Positions 14,521 to 26,858 of a DNA stretch of 64,000 nucleotides are shown here, piece after piece; within the stretch, counting starts at the first letter, position 1, and each line of letters opens with the position of its first letter. The stretch comes from Dicyema japonicum (Eukaryota; Animalia; Dicyemida), in assembly GCA_011109175.1 (NCBI GenBank), contig RDEW01000012.1, positions 1,088,129 to 1,152,128 on the forward strand, given 5' to 3'. Made by a program: the position numbers and the translations under genes. The notes below the pieces were generated by a model. The model was not told the origin of the DNA. It searched no databases and saw only the letters and a program-made list of their open reading frames with translations.

Positions 14521-15803
14521 CATGGGGGATCACATAGCTAGATTTCAAGAAATGTTATTTTGACTGTCATTTTTACCCATCGAGCCGAAACTTGGAGATT
14601 CGAGGTCAAAAACGCCTTTATTTATACGTGCCATCGAATCGTTGATAGTGAAAAAGGTGAAAAAGGATTGCTGATTTTCCACGTTTCTATAATAAATGGT
14701 AGAGAGAATGTAGGAGAGTAACTTACTAATTTATACCACTTAATACTTTTCGACTATAAAGTATAACAATGACTTTCGAAATATTCAGTGTATATGTCAC
14801 AGGAAATTTCGCTTCTATGGCTGTCCTGACTTTGTGAAAGAGAAAACGAAATTTCCAGAATATCTGACTGCAGTCTTGATAGAGTTTTTATATATATTTG
14901 CCCATGATTACTCGTTAAAAAGTAATGTCCTTTGCTATCTGAGTTATCCAAATCGACAAATTGTGGCCGATATCGGTAAGGGACGATCATCGCATCTCAT
15001 TGGGAATAGGGTCGTTCATATTTTGGAGTTGGAACATTTCTTCCCAACAGTCTACCACAGTAGTTCCCAAAGTGTGCTGGAGGCACCCTAGGGTGCCTCA
15101 AAAATTATGATATTTAAAAAATTAATTTAAATTAAATATTTTGTTATAATATTCCACGCCTGTTTGAATTTCGCATGTAATTTTTTTCTTGTAATGGATT
15201 GTATGCCTATTAAAGTTTATAACTTATTTTTCCACTCTAGAATAGAAAATATAAGAATATCTTGCTTATGGATTTTGCTAGTTGAGGATTGATGATCTTT
15301 CAATGACATTGAAGATCAATTAGTTTCCCGCTTAAAAAATCTGATTATTTTTCTATTCAGTTTGACGAATCAACTGATCTTGAAAGGATTATCATATATT
15401 AGTTTTTTGTTCGTTATTTGCTTGATTCTACTTGTTTTTTTTACATTTTCTACAAAATTGTCAATGAAATAATGTCAAATATCCCGCAGTTAATGGGCTT
15501 AATTGGAAATATGAAAATTTCTCTTTCGATATCAATAAAACGCAGAGCTATGTTGTATGAGATTACAGTACCTCCAGATGTAATTATCACAAGATGGGGG
15601 AGTTTCTTAGAAGCGCATTTTCTCATTCCGAAAATCTCGTTGCAATAAAAGACGTTGAACAATTTTGAAGCGATGGATTATTGTTACAAATGTGACAATC
15701 ATAATCAATGAAAATTTGTTTTCATGAACTCTTTGAAATTGCGAAATAAAAATGACTAAATCTGATTTGAAAAAAAATTCTCAACGCATTCAATGAAGAA
15801 AAT

Positions 15804-16136
15804 AGCCGCGTGGCGCCATGTGGTGCTGCGTGGTTAATTGGTTGAAGTTTTCTGCTTGCTTGTCTGTTCCTCCTCTCTCTTCCTATTAGAGTGGCGTCAT
15901 GTGATCCACCTGTCTAGGTGGCGCCCAGTGTCAGGCCGGCATGAAAAAGGATCATTTGCTCTTCCCCACTCCACTGGAGGTGTTTCCACAACTGCATGTA
16001 ATGGACGTCTTACCTTTTATGCTGATTCCGGATGGACTCTGTTTCTGTAGAAGTGGAAACTGGATACACTAAATTAGTTGTTTACTTTAACTTTTTTCTC
16101 GATGTATCCGGGGTTAATAAATTAAATTAATTAATC
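15804..16136 (+). mobile_element. Short non-autonomous retroposon (SINE/RIME-like), copy 1
   Basis: TSD gaagaaaat at 15795-15803 and 16137-16145; near-identical to 50645-50970 (minus); LINE-like tail ending ggggttaataaatt. Confidence 0.9.
15893..15954 (+). ncRNA. Candidate HDV-like ribozyme fold in retroposon copy 1
   Basis: P1 GGCGTCA/TGGCGCC, P2 TGATCC/GGATCA, P3 ACC/GGT, P4 GTGTC/GGCAT, A-rich J4/2. P1.1 and L3 are non-canonical. Confidence 0.5.
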
Positions 16137-17329
16137 GAAGAAAATTTGCTGTTTTTAAAAAGATCACCTCTTTTCTGTAAAAGGAGATATTGAAAATTAT
16201 TTTATTTTAAGGAATAAGAAGAATGAATTAATGGATGTTGTTAAAATGACTGACAAATCAATAAATCCAATGACACATTGCTACCTTCTAAAATGTCCCT
16301 ATACTTCAATTGCAGTGAAACAATCTTTCTCCCGTTTGAGTCTAAAGATAGAAATTTCAATGAAAACAACTTTGAAAAATATTTCATGCTAAATTAAAAA
16401 TTCCCTGACAATACATAGTTTTTATTAATTTTCAAATAAATTGTCCTAAAATGACTTGTCCTTTGTTCTTTCTTAAGATGTCCTAATTGTACCATTTTGT
16501 TTTTAAAATGTCCTAAAAAAGTTCTATTATTTCCGACCTAATGATTACTATGCTGAAATTTTATTTGCAGATAAAAACGAAACGATTTGGACTTTGGTTG
16601 CTACATGTTTGAATACGAATCGTTCTCCTAATGTCAGGTATTTTTTTCTTTTAGAATCTCGGCCTTTGCTGAGGCTGACCCTGGTTGAGTTGCTGTTATT
16701 GTGAGGTTTGATAAAGAGAAGCCATCAAAATTAATTTATATGCGGTTTTATTGATTTTTATTATTAAACACAAATTTTTATTTATTTTTTAATAAAAACA
16801 AATTATTATTTATTTATTCAAACAAATGGTTCATATGTTGAAGTTACGAGACGATACGGTGAAATTGGACGTTGAATGGTGATTGTGGTAGCATCAGTAT
16901 CAATTTGTTGAAAATCACGAAGAATGGGGTCCTATAATTTGTATTTCCGGAAACGGAACTAAATGATTAAAAGATTTTAAAAATTGGGCTTTTTACATGA
17001 AGCAGATTAGACAAATCATCTTATGGAAAACTTATCCTTCAATGATGGAGGTAGATAGTTCATGAGGTACCCGTTCGTCCACTCAAGATGCTATTGAGCA
17101 ACGTAGATGAAGATCTATAATATAAAATAGTAAATTTCTGTGAACGTATGGGAGCTAGTCAGCAGTATTTATTTTTAGCATAAGGTAATTTGTTCTACAC
17201 GTGGTCTCAAGATGTGACGATCTTTCCGAGCATTGTTAGGACCACTAAGATAAAGAAATTAGCATAAAATATATTTTCAGCAAAAAATTGAGGTTAAGTA
17301 CCACGTGGAGTGAAATGAAAACAAAAATA

Positions 17330-17480
17330 ACACCAAACTAACTATTCACATGATCCCGCACGTGACAACACAAAACCTTAACTTGGGATGATGTTCACAC
17401 CTTGAACCAACAAAAGCACTTATCGGCCTTACAATTGGATGCGCATGGGCCCGCTCTTGGTTCATGCGGATTAGGAAATC
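17330..17480 (-). mobile_element. Ingi/Vingi-like LINE 3' tail fragment
   Basis: Reverse complement gcgggatcatgtgaatagttagtttgg resembles the tail at 57960 (VLSRAGIM*). Confidence 0.45.
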
Positions 17481-18282
17481 CAGGGGACATTTCCAGAAGA
17501 AGAGATTGAATTGATTTATAGCCATAGTCTAGATGTTTCTGATCGCTACGATTTGGAATGGATTAGTATAGCCATTTTTTAAAGTAGATGGAAATGGTTT
17601 AACTACAATACTGGGTATACTCAGATTACTGCCCTCAAAAACATTGGAAACCATGTGTGTTGAATATAAACATGGGTTCCATGAAGCATTCGAAATCTCA
17701 GGTCTAGTAAAGTCTTAGTGGGGGGAGGATATCTCTCCTGAAAAAACATTGAGTTATCTCATCTTGAATTTTAGGAATTTGGTGGTGGCTTCGTAGAGTG
17801 ACTGTTTAATAGAGTAACTGTCGTTACCAACTTTCGATACCGTCCTATCAATACTGCTTCCAGAAGGTGGACACAAAGTTTTGGCCAATGACTCTTTTGG
17901 CAGCTTGCTTGATTGCAGACAGTTTCAGGAGAGAGAAGCGGGAAATGGACATTGACATGACTCACTTGTAGGTCGTTTGGAAAGTATTAAAGCTACCCGA
18001 GGAATTATTTAATGTCATTGATAATGAATGATTCATCCACGAAAACACTTAATCTCTATGTTGAGAGTCCTCTAAGCATAGTCGTTAGACCAGTCACCTT
18101 ACCCATTTTACTTATAAAATAGAAAAAACAATCACATTACCCCAAAGGCATATTAAACAAAGGAATAAGTCAGTAATTTATATATATAGAAATCCCAAAA
18201 TAAAATCTATATCAGAATTCACTTTTCATGGCAGTCAGCGACCTACAATAATATAGGCAGCCACTTGGCATCAGCCGACTGT

Positions 18283-20966
18283 TTAACATATCCCCTCCTT
18301 CACAGACTTTGACAACACTTTCAACCAGCTCTTCTGGTCTTCCACTGTGGGAGCCAACAAAAGAAGGTCATTCACATCCATGATCTTTTGAGCACCCACT
18401 AAAATCAGCAAACTGCCTCACCGCTGCAAATTACGTTGTATTCGTTATTCTCCACGTGGCCTCTGTGCAACTTAACGTGGCAGTCTATGAAAATCTAAAC
18501 CCAGCTTACTTTTGCATTCCATTGCTGGTTGGGGGTTGAAAAGGGAAACCATTCCCTTATGGCACATGTCACAAGTAACGTCTCCCGTTCTATAGGAGAT
18601 CGCTACCATATCGTGTCCCTTATAATAACTGCTACCAGCCGCTTCTCAGACATGTTCTACCACGTGTCAACAACTAAAATACCGTATTTGTCGACCTGAA
18701 GGACCCCGACTCTTTGCGAAACATCCCCTCACAGCAGTAGAGAATCTGAATAGAGCTAAAATCCGCACCTGAAATATTTTAGGAATATCCCCCGCTTCGC
18801 TCTGCAGACGTCACCCGATGATACAGGTCGCACGTGGTATACCTTCCTACAAATCAACCCCCGTGAGCCACCCAATATCAATGACCATGTGAGGATCCTT
18901 GTTCTTTTCATCATACACTAACAGCTTGTTGTCATTGAATATCACGCGGTTCTTATTCCACCATGTCGCTTTATATTTTTCGATTGTGTGTAGAGGATTC
19001 CTTCTTTTGACCTATAAATTAGCCCACGTGGGTCAACTTTCTCCATCGAACTGATAACCGATACAATATCGCTACGAGTGGCAATTGCCTTGGCAGAGAA
19101 TAACTCCAGCTGCATGTTGTTCTTCTCAACCAACAACTCATCATATTGCTTGTTCAGCATCTTGCGTTCAGATTCAAACTTGGCTTTGTCTAACAGTTAG
19201 TAAGGAACCATGTGCCTGATTGAGCTCTTGTTCAAGGCGCTTGTAGTCCATTTCTTTCTTTTTCAGTTTCATCTCAAATTCTGAGCTCAAATCCTTCTTT
19301 TTTTTCTTTGTCATGTTTATCTTCAGCTGAGAGATCTCTGCAAGTTTGTTTACAGCCTACATTCTCTAGGAAAGGGAACCTGCTCTTTCTTTACCTTCTC
19401 AGAATAAAAGACTTTTCCAGTTGCTTGTAATTTTCTGTTACCATAAGATACTCCTGTTTGATTTTCTCGAGTTCCTCTGCATTTTTAACATCTTCAGATA
19501 AGCTCAATTCCGCTTGTAATTTGGCCTCGTTGAATTTTATTTCTTCAATTTCCTTTTCTTTGCCAACAAACAACTCTTCAATTCTCAGCCTTTCTTTCTT
19601 CTCATCAGTCAGCTGGCTCATAACATCGGCAAGCTCTTCCCTGAGCAGAGAACTTAAAATTACTCGAAATGTCCTACATTTTGTTCTTCAAGTTGATTTC
19701 AACCTTTTCCATAGTTAGGACCTCTTCGTTCTTCCCCATAATCTCCATATCCTTGACTTTTACTTCAGATTCCATCTCTCTCTTTAAAATTATCAGAAAT
19801 CTGGTACAATTATGTTATCCTTGTTGAGAGAGAAATATTTTGACTTTCAAGCAAAATCTCATTACTCGCCAAGTTTCTAAAATAAATAGTCATTTTAGGG
19901 TGGCAAGCCGAAAAAAGTAATAAATTTATGGCGCGAAAAATAGTTAATATAAACCTTTGTGTGGAGGTCAGCAGTTGTTGGAGTTCATCCATTTTGACTG
20001 TGTTCAAGCTTATTTCCTAAAGATAAATATTAATAGGTACATATTTATATTTAGAGCGCTCCTCGTTCAATTCCTCAATCTTTTGGTTTAATTTTTCGGT
20101 CTCTTTGGCATTCATCATTCTTTTAGCTTTCTCGGCGGAATAAAGCACATTTGTTTGCTTGGCCTACAAAATCAAAACTCGTCATCACATTCTTTTCTAC
20201 TTGAGTCAGTTTTTCCCGCAGAGCTTTAATCTGTGTCTCAAGGGCCTCATTATCCACTGATGAGGAGCCTATTATGCTTCAGTTAAAACAACCAGCTCCT
20301 TGTGATTTTGATAGTTCATGAAGTCTATCGATTTCCTGCTTGATCTCTTCGTTTTCAGCCATTAGTTCTTCCTTCGAATCCTTCAAAGAGGAAAAGTCAG
20401 CTAATTTTGTAAAACAAAACAATACATTCAATCTCAATCATCTTTGACTTTAGATTCAAGACTTGGGAGTTGGCTTTATTCAAGTTACGATCTAAGTTCG
20501 CCTTCTCCTTTGAGATTCGTTCTTGATCTTTCTTAAGCGATTCTAGGTTGGCCAATGCTGAGGACAAGGCGAAATCTTTATCAACAAGTTTCTAAAATAA
20601 GGCAGTCAATCACCTGCTGAGTCTCGACAAGAGAGGAATGAACGCTCGAGTAAAGCTCAGCGTCGTTGCTTTGTTTGTGTGTCACTGATTTCAGTTCTAG
20701 TTTAAGCTTTGAAATTTTCTCTTCATATTTTGCCACTTGCTTAGTTAAGGAGTACACTTCGTCCTCATTTTGAACGGAGGAATCTCTGAACGAAGTCACC
20801 TGGTTTTTAAGCCTTGAATTCTCCTCCACCAATGAGGTCAACTTGTTGTTTGCCTTCACTTAATGTAAGCACGTACCTCGTTTATATCAATCGTCGCCAA
20901 ATTCAATTTCTTTTCAGTTTCTTTCAACTGTAGACACGAATCTTTTAGTTCTTCCTCAAGTGAAGC
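18283..20966 (-). CDS. ROCK: Rho-associated protein kinase, C-terminal part only (coiled coil, RBD, split PH + C1); 16 introns; 5' kinase exons not found in window
   Basis: Spliced translation gives EQAVNKLAEI (RBD), KRLEQELNQ, EGILYTQSKNIKRHGW, MVIDIGKVYHVRPVSSGDVCRA..DIPKIFQILY..EG, YKGH..CDMCHK..FNPQPAMECKNCHVKLHRGH, DLLLLAPTVEDQKSWLKVL. Introns: 20854-76, 20592-613, 20401-25, 20269-92, 20164-88, 20017-40, 19877-954, 19782-807, 19653-77, 19357-79, 19190-208, 18847-71, 18746-68, 18657-82, 18485-509, 18399-421. Five 1-nt shortfalls, each placeable in a base run, must be corrected. Confidence 0.93.
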
Positions 20967-22861
20967 AATTTTCCGCCTATTTAATGAAAATAAAGAAATT
21001 AATGAAAAATAACAAATTAATCTCTAATTAGTACTTAGGCACTCAGAATATAGTTACGCACAAGTATGCTAAAACAATATTAGGGAAGCCATGTTCACTC
21101 AGGCTCGCCTTTAGCGCTCAAACAAGGCGCAATTATTTTCATGACTATAATCAAACATAGAAATGATTTTGGTAAAATAAAGCGATAAGGCAAATTGATG
21201 GAGCGTTAAATTGACAACTCTCAATTTGAATGGATTTAGCTGCGTTGTCAAAAAACTAATTTTCATAAAATGATAATAGGACTAAAATCTTACATTTTTG
21301 ATAAGTCATTTTCTTTTGGATTCACAGAAATTTAATATAACTACAAGAGATTGTAAAATTTTAAAGTTAATTCGATTTCCTAATAGATCTTTGAACGGCT
21401 TTTTCAGAATTTGGAATAACATTTTGTGCGATATCTAGTTTCATGTGATTTTATAGGAGACTGAGAATTTATCGATCCCCGAAAGGTTTGATGAATAAAT
21501 TGTTAGTAAAATGAAGGAGACAGCTTCCTTAAATACGTTGTACATTTATTAACAAGCAGCTAAAATGCAGTTAACTCGAAAAGACCCAGTTTGAAGGAGA
21601 TTATTGATTAGATGAAGGACGGACGTGCGAACAACCCAGAAATTCCAGAAAAAGGTAATGATCTATTCTGGAGTTAAAGTCGGTCTTATTTCATTACGAT
21701 TTCAACATTATGTCACTTTTGGAGGCGATGGGAGTCTTGAATGGAACCTTTCCGGAATTCTCTTATTGTCTTTTTAAGAACTCCATGAAATTCATGGCAC
21801 GTGGTACGTCATACCTCCCAACACTAAAAAAAGAAGTCACTCATATCGACCGTTTCTTCTATAAGTTTTCTTCTGAAGACACATGGGACGCTGCAAACTA
21901 TGAGAAAGTAGAATCTCAGATCAGAACTGTATCCTAGAAATATCAGAAAAATACTCAACGACGCTCATCGGTCGACACCCAATGCCCCATAAAGATCTTA
22001 CTAAACTTTGCAGATTTAATGTCGAGGTTAGCATCATAGAACTGTATTACTATTCATGCCAATAAGTGAATATTGATATATCTATTTGAATTCAGGTTAG
22101 AGTTTTTTATAAATAGTGAATATATATCAATACTATAAACTCATCTGGTTTCTAACTAACCTGCCAATGTGGAGATATTAAAATAAATGGTTTTTCCTCA
22201 AATTAGTTTTATTGTTTCAAACAATAAGTTTTTACGTTACTCAATAATTTTCTTATTCTTCAGCTGGGCCAATTTCGAGATAACTTTTATCCATAAAAAT
22301 GGGAGACAGCGGATCAGATTAAAAAACGACCATAAATGCACACTCTGGAAAAGTCAATTCATCTAAACGGTGCAGTAACTAGGTGTTATTCAATATATAT
22401 TATTATGTACTCTCATCGTTTTCCGCAGATATTTAATATTTTGATTCTTTTGAATTTTCATTAATTTCTGAATTTTGTTTTTGAATTTGATTTAATTATA
22501 AGTAGTACTATTGTGAAATTATAGTTGATACCAATAATCTATAAGGTTAACAGAAATGAGCAAAATTTGCAGAATTTAAAGGCGTGTTTATTTGGTTTTG
22601 AATGCTGTTAACGGATAGAGTAAATTTTGATATTAATTAGGAAATTAAGTCTTTACGTTATGTACGTTTCATTTGTAAAAGTTTCATAAAAATGTTGATC
22701 AAGATTTATAAATAATATTCCAGAAACTGTACTTTGATGAGAAATGTATACGTTGCCTAATAATATTATAAACTGAGAAATTGTATTTAAGTGATTTATG
22801 TCGGCATTTGTTGACTTTTACGTTTACCAATAAAGTTAGTGAATGTTCAATTATCTATGTA

Positions 22862-24823
22862 TTTATTTAATTAATTAACCCGAAAAGGGAACACCAAGAA
22901 AGAAGGAGTAATCCAACTAATTAAGTGATCCCGGTACGCCTCAACAGGATCGAGAGGTTTTTCCTGTGTTCCTCCAGAGTACCCACGGCTTTCCTGAATA
23001 AACGACGATCATCTTTCATTAGAGTTTGAAGAGGAGTGGGGTTTTTCCCCAAATTTCGTGTATTTGAAGCCTTCAGCCTTGAATGGAAGAAACGACTTGT
23101 TTCTTGGCCACACAGACAGATGAAGCCGGAACCATTATTTTTGATTGCGGCGAGGTCAAGCATTGGAGGAAAAGATCGGGGGGTAGATTTGTTTGACGTG
23201 CTAGTTTTCCAATTAGTGTATTGATCTTGAGTGAATTTGATATCGAAGCTCCATAGGCCCATGTGGCACAGGCGTACTCAATCGTCGGTTTTAGGAGTTG
23301 ATTGAACACGACGAGGGCGCATTCCTGTGAAGGTTTGGACTTCAAGAGCGGTTTGATATATTAAGTTTCCTGAGACCCTTTGTCATAACGTTCTTCACAT
23401 GTTGAGAAAATGACATCAAAGGGTCAAATGTCACTCCCAGGATAGTTGGACGAGTCTGTAGTGGTAAGGAGTCTCCAAAATGTTCAAATCAAGTGTATGT
23501 TTTTCTTTTCTGTCCGTGGTGAAGATTGTATATGTTGATTTGTCCCTGGATACGGAGAGACGATTCAACTTCAACCAGGCTCCCAGGTCGTCAATATGTG
23601 ACTGAAGCTCTGATTTTGCTGTACCCACGTATTTGTTCCTGCTAGCGATGATTAGGTCGTCAGCATAAGTGAGAAGCATTGAATCTGGTCCTCCAGGGCA
23701 GGGTAAATCGTTGAGGAACAAGTTGAATAATGCCGGAGAGAGGGGCGATCCTTGAGGGACGCCATTTGGTAGGAGACGGGACCTCGATCTTGCGTGGCCT
23801 ATACAGACACGTCCTCTTCTTCCGGAGAGAAAATTGGCTATCCATCTTTTCAAATCCGTCTGAATGGTGGTGTCAAAAACCTTCTTCGTGAGTAATATTC
23901 TCGAGACAGAATCGAACGCCTTCTGGATATCCAGGGAAACCATTATTGTCCGTAGATGGCGTTTCGGTACGTTGAACCCTTCTGATATAAATTGAGACAG
24001 TGAAGTCAAATGTGTCGTAGTTGAACGCTCACATTTGAAACCATGTTGAAAGTGGCAGTCGGGCAAATGGGGTTTAATTTTCCAGAGTACGAGTTTCTCC
24101 ATTAGGCGCGATAATGCGCACGTTAATGAAATTGGACGGTAGGAAGAAGGTAAGGTTTTCGGTTTTCCTGGTTTAAGGATCGGTATTATAAGTGAGTTTT
24201 TCCATTTGCATGGGATGACGTTCATGTTAGAAGACAAATTAAAAATTGACGTAATTGAATTGATTGCAGCATTACCAAGGTGTTTTAACAAAATTCCCGG
24301 ATGCCGTCAGGTCCACACGTAAAAGATCTCTTCATCGATCTTATAGCCTGTGTGACCTCGGCATGCGTAAACAGATTGATCCATGAAGTTGGTTTAGGCA
24401 CTAAATTCCGAAAGTGACAAGAATGGGATTTCGAGAAGTCCTTGTGGCTTATGGATGCGTAATATTTCATTAGGTTGTTAGCTTGCACAGTATTTGGAGC
24501 AGAAAAAGATTCTGATTCATCTGATAAGTTTAGCTTGATTCGACGAATAGTTTTCCATAAAAGACTCGTGGATTTCATATGTCCAATAGATGATAATAGG
24601 CGCTTCCACGCCCTATCTTTCTTTTCTCTGATGAGCTTTGTAATTCTCTGATTTAAGCATTTTATATTTTGCAAATCAGAAGAGGTTTGCAGATGATTCA
24701 TCTTCAGGGAGTTTCTTTGTTTGATGAGGAGACGAGTCTCCGAGTCCAGAGTAGGCTTGTAGGATTTATAAACTGCACGTGGTACAAACAACTTTTCAGC
24801 TTGAAGGATTACATGGTTTACAT
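22862..24823 (-). mobile_element. Ingi/Vingi-like LINE, RT to 3' end (left arm of palindrome)
   Basis: ORFs 24285-24836, 23431-24291 (YRPISL, QHGF, SLDIQKAFDSV, GVPQGSPLSP, YADD), 23073-23345 (LKPTIEYACATW), 22921-23262 ending RTGIT*; 3' stem-loop and AT-rich tail; no RNase H seen. Confidence 0.92.
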
Positions 24824-26858
24824 CAGGGGTTCTCAACCTTTTTTTACTCGTCGACCCCTTGACTAATTTTTTCGACCCCCCTAATATTTAATCGACCCCT
24901 TAAAACTTTTTTATTTAGAACAGACAATTCTAAGTAAAATTAGTTAACTGTCTAAACTGAATTCATTGTTAATAATCAATTCAAACAAAAAAAGTATATA
25001 CTCGATGTTAAGTTAATATCTTAGCATAAATTTATAATAAAAAAATTAAATACCAATGGGATTCCTGTGACTGATGTTTTATTATCAAAGATTCGATATC
25101 TGGCTCTATATGTGTTATTTTTAAACGAAGATCTCCTCTAAGGGACACTTCCAATCTGTTTCGTTATTATTTTTGATTCTATGTAGAATGCTGAATCCGC
25201 ATTCAACACAGTATGATGTAGGAAAATAGAGTAGCAATTGTGCTATTTCTGTCCACAATTTTGGATAACTCTCCTTCACTTTCATAATTTTGCCAAAAAA
25301 TAACAGGTGATTGTGAATCATTATAATATAGTTTTTAATTCTGGATTGAATTTTAACATAATTAATTCCTCTTTAATAATTTCTTTTTGTTCTTCTGGCT
25401 TTGACAAATACGGATTAATCATCCAAGATGGAATTTCTAATTCAAGAATATCTTGGAATCGAAGAATCAAATCTTTTTCTATGCTTAATAAATGTTGCAA
25501 AAAGTTTGTTAATATCTTCATCATCAAATGTTGATTAATTGAGTAGAATTCAGGAATGTTATAAATTTCTTTATTTCCAAGTTATATTTATATAACTTAA
25601 TTTTTTCGATAAACATTTGAATAATTCTTTACAATCTATTAACGTCACATACTTTCCCTGAAGTTCTAATAAAACTTCATTAAATTTTCCAAATAGACAA
25701 TTTTTTTCTTTTCCGATACAATTAAATCTGCTAAAGTTTTATCACCCAGAAGTAAGAAAATTTTACGATTTTGTCAAATAATATTGAAAATCGTTCTAAT
25801 GCATTTTCCTTTGATAACCATCGTACCTATAAAATAAAATTGGAAACTATAACCTCAGTGTGAAGCACAAAACGAACATATGTTTCTTTAGCCTCATAGC
25901 AAAATTTTCTAAAAAGACGGTCATACTTGCTGTTTGCTTTAATTTTGTTATGGTTTTAATAACTATATTTAACGTTTCATGTAGAATTGGCGAAAGAGCT
26001 TTTGAAACAAAATGTTGTGTATGTAGAACGCAATGTATATGAATCACATTTGGACATATTTTTTTCAAATATGCCTCAAATCCTTTATATTTTTCAACCA
26101 TAGACATTGCACCATCTGTGGCACAAAAGACCAAATTTTCATATGGAATCTTCTTGTCATCCAAAAATAATTTGACTACGGAAAAAATAGAAAAATCCAG
26201 TCATATCAGTTTCCAAATATTTGACGGAATAATAAAGCTTCTGTAGGAATAGCATGATCGTCAAAATATCTTAAAGGGTAAGCTTCTAATAAGATTAACC
26301 TGACATATCCCATTAGAATTTATTGGTTGTCACATGTATGACTTTCGTCAATTTGAAGCGAAAAAAAATAGTATTTTTTGTTTCTTTCAATACTATTTTG
26401 TAAAAACTGTCAATCGTTTTTTGTTTACGAAAAGAATCCTTTAATTCTTCAAAATACTCTAATGGTTTATCTTTTTTATCCGAATGTTTTACTCTAAAAT
26501 GATCCAACAATTTGGACGGTTTCATTGCATCATTTGATAACTTGTTACACAGTAAGCAATATGGTCTATTATCAAAAAAAATTTTATAAATCCAAATTCA
26601 AATATTCATTTTTATATTGACGAATTTTTAATGTAGAAGACGACTCATACACAAACAAAAACATGCATGGTAATTTTAAAATTTTAAAGAACAAAGGTTT
26701 ACCACTTTAAAAATAAACTAACTTAATTTAAATTGAAAAAGATTAAATATATTAAATTTATTTTCGACCCCCAAATATTTCATTTTCGACCCCTTACGAT
26801 CGATCTGGATTGATTTTAGACCCCTGGGGGTCGAATCGACCCCAGGTTGAGAACCCTG
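24824..26858 (-). mobile_element. Buster/SPIN-type hAT transposon with TIRs and a decayed, internally deleted transposase
   Basis: TIRs caggggttctcaacct (24824-39) and aggttgagaaccctg (26844-58); subterminal cgacccc repeats; MKPSKLLDHF..KH, ATDGA.SM, IHIHCVLH, LLYFPTSYCVECGFS. Confidence 0.92.

Larger units (their letters stand above)
15150..16550 (+). mobile_element. hAT transposase relic interrupted by a short retroposon
   Basis: FDESTD (15361), PPDVIITRWGSFLEA (ORF 15418-15648), and dimerization-like LKCPYTSIAVKQSFS (~16290). Confidence 0.6.

Noticed and set aside
15932-15945. ggccggcatg, identical to the first 10 nt of the HDV genomic ribozyme
   Set aside because: No matching P1 partner downstream; it falls in P4 of the fold proposed here, so the identity is coincidental.
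19190-19215. Possible 26-nt GC-AG intron
   Set aside because: Does not keep the frame; the 19-nt GT-AG intron does.
19810-19830. Apparent 19-nt GA-AG intron in ROCK
   Set aside because: Restoring one A in the run at ~19841 gives a better ROCK-like reading (ESQKYFSLNKD) with a canonical 26-nt intron (19782-19807).
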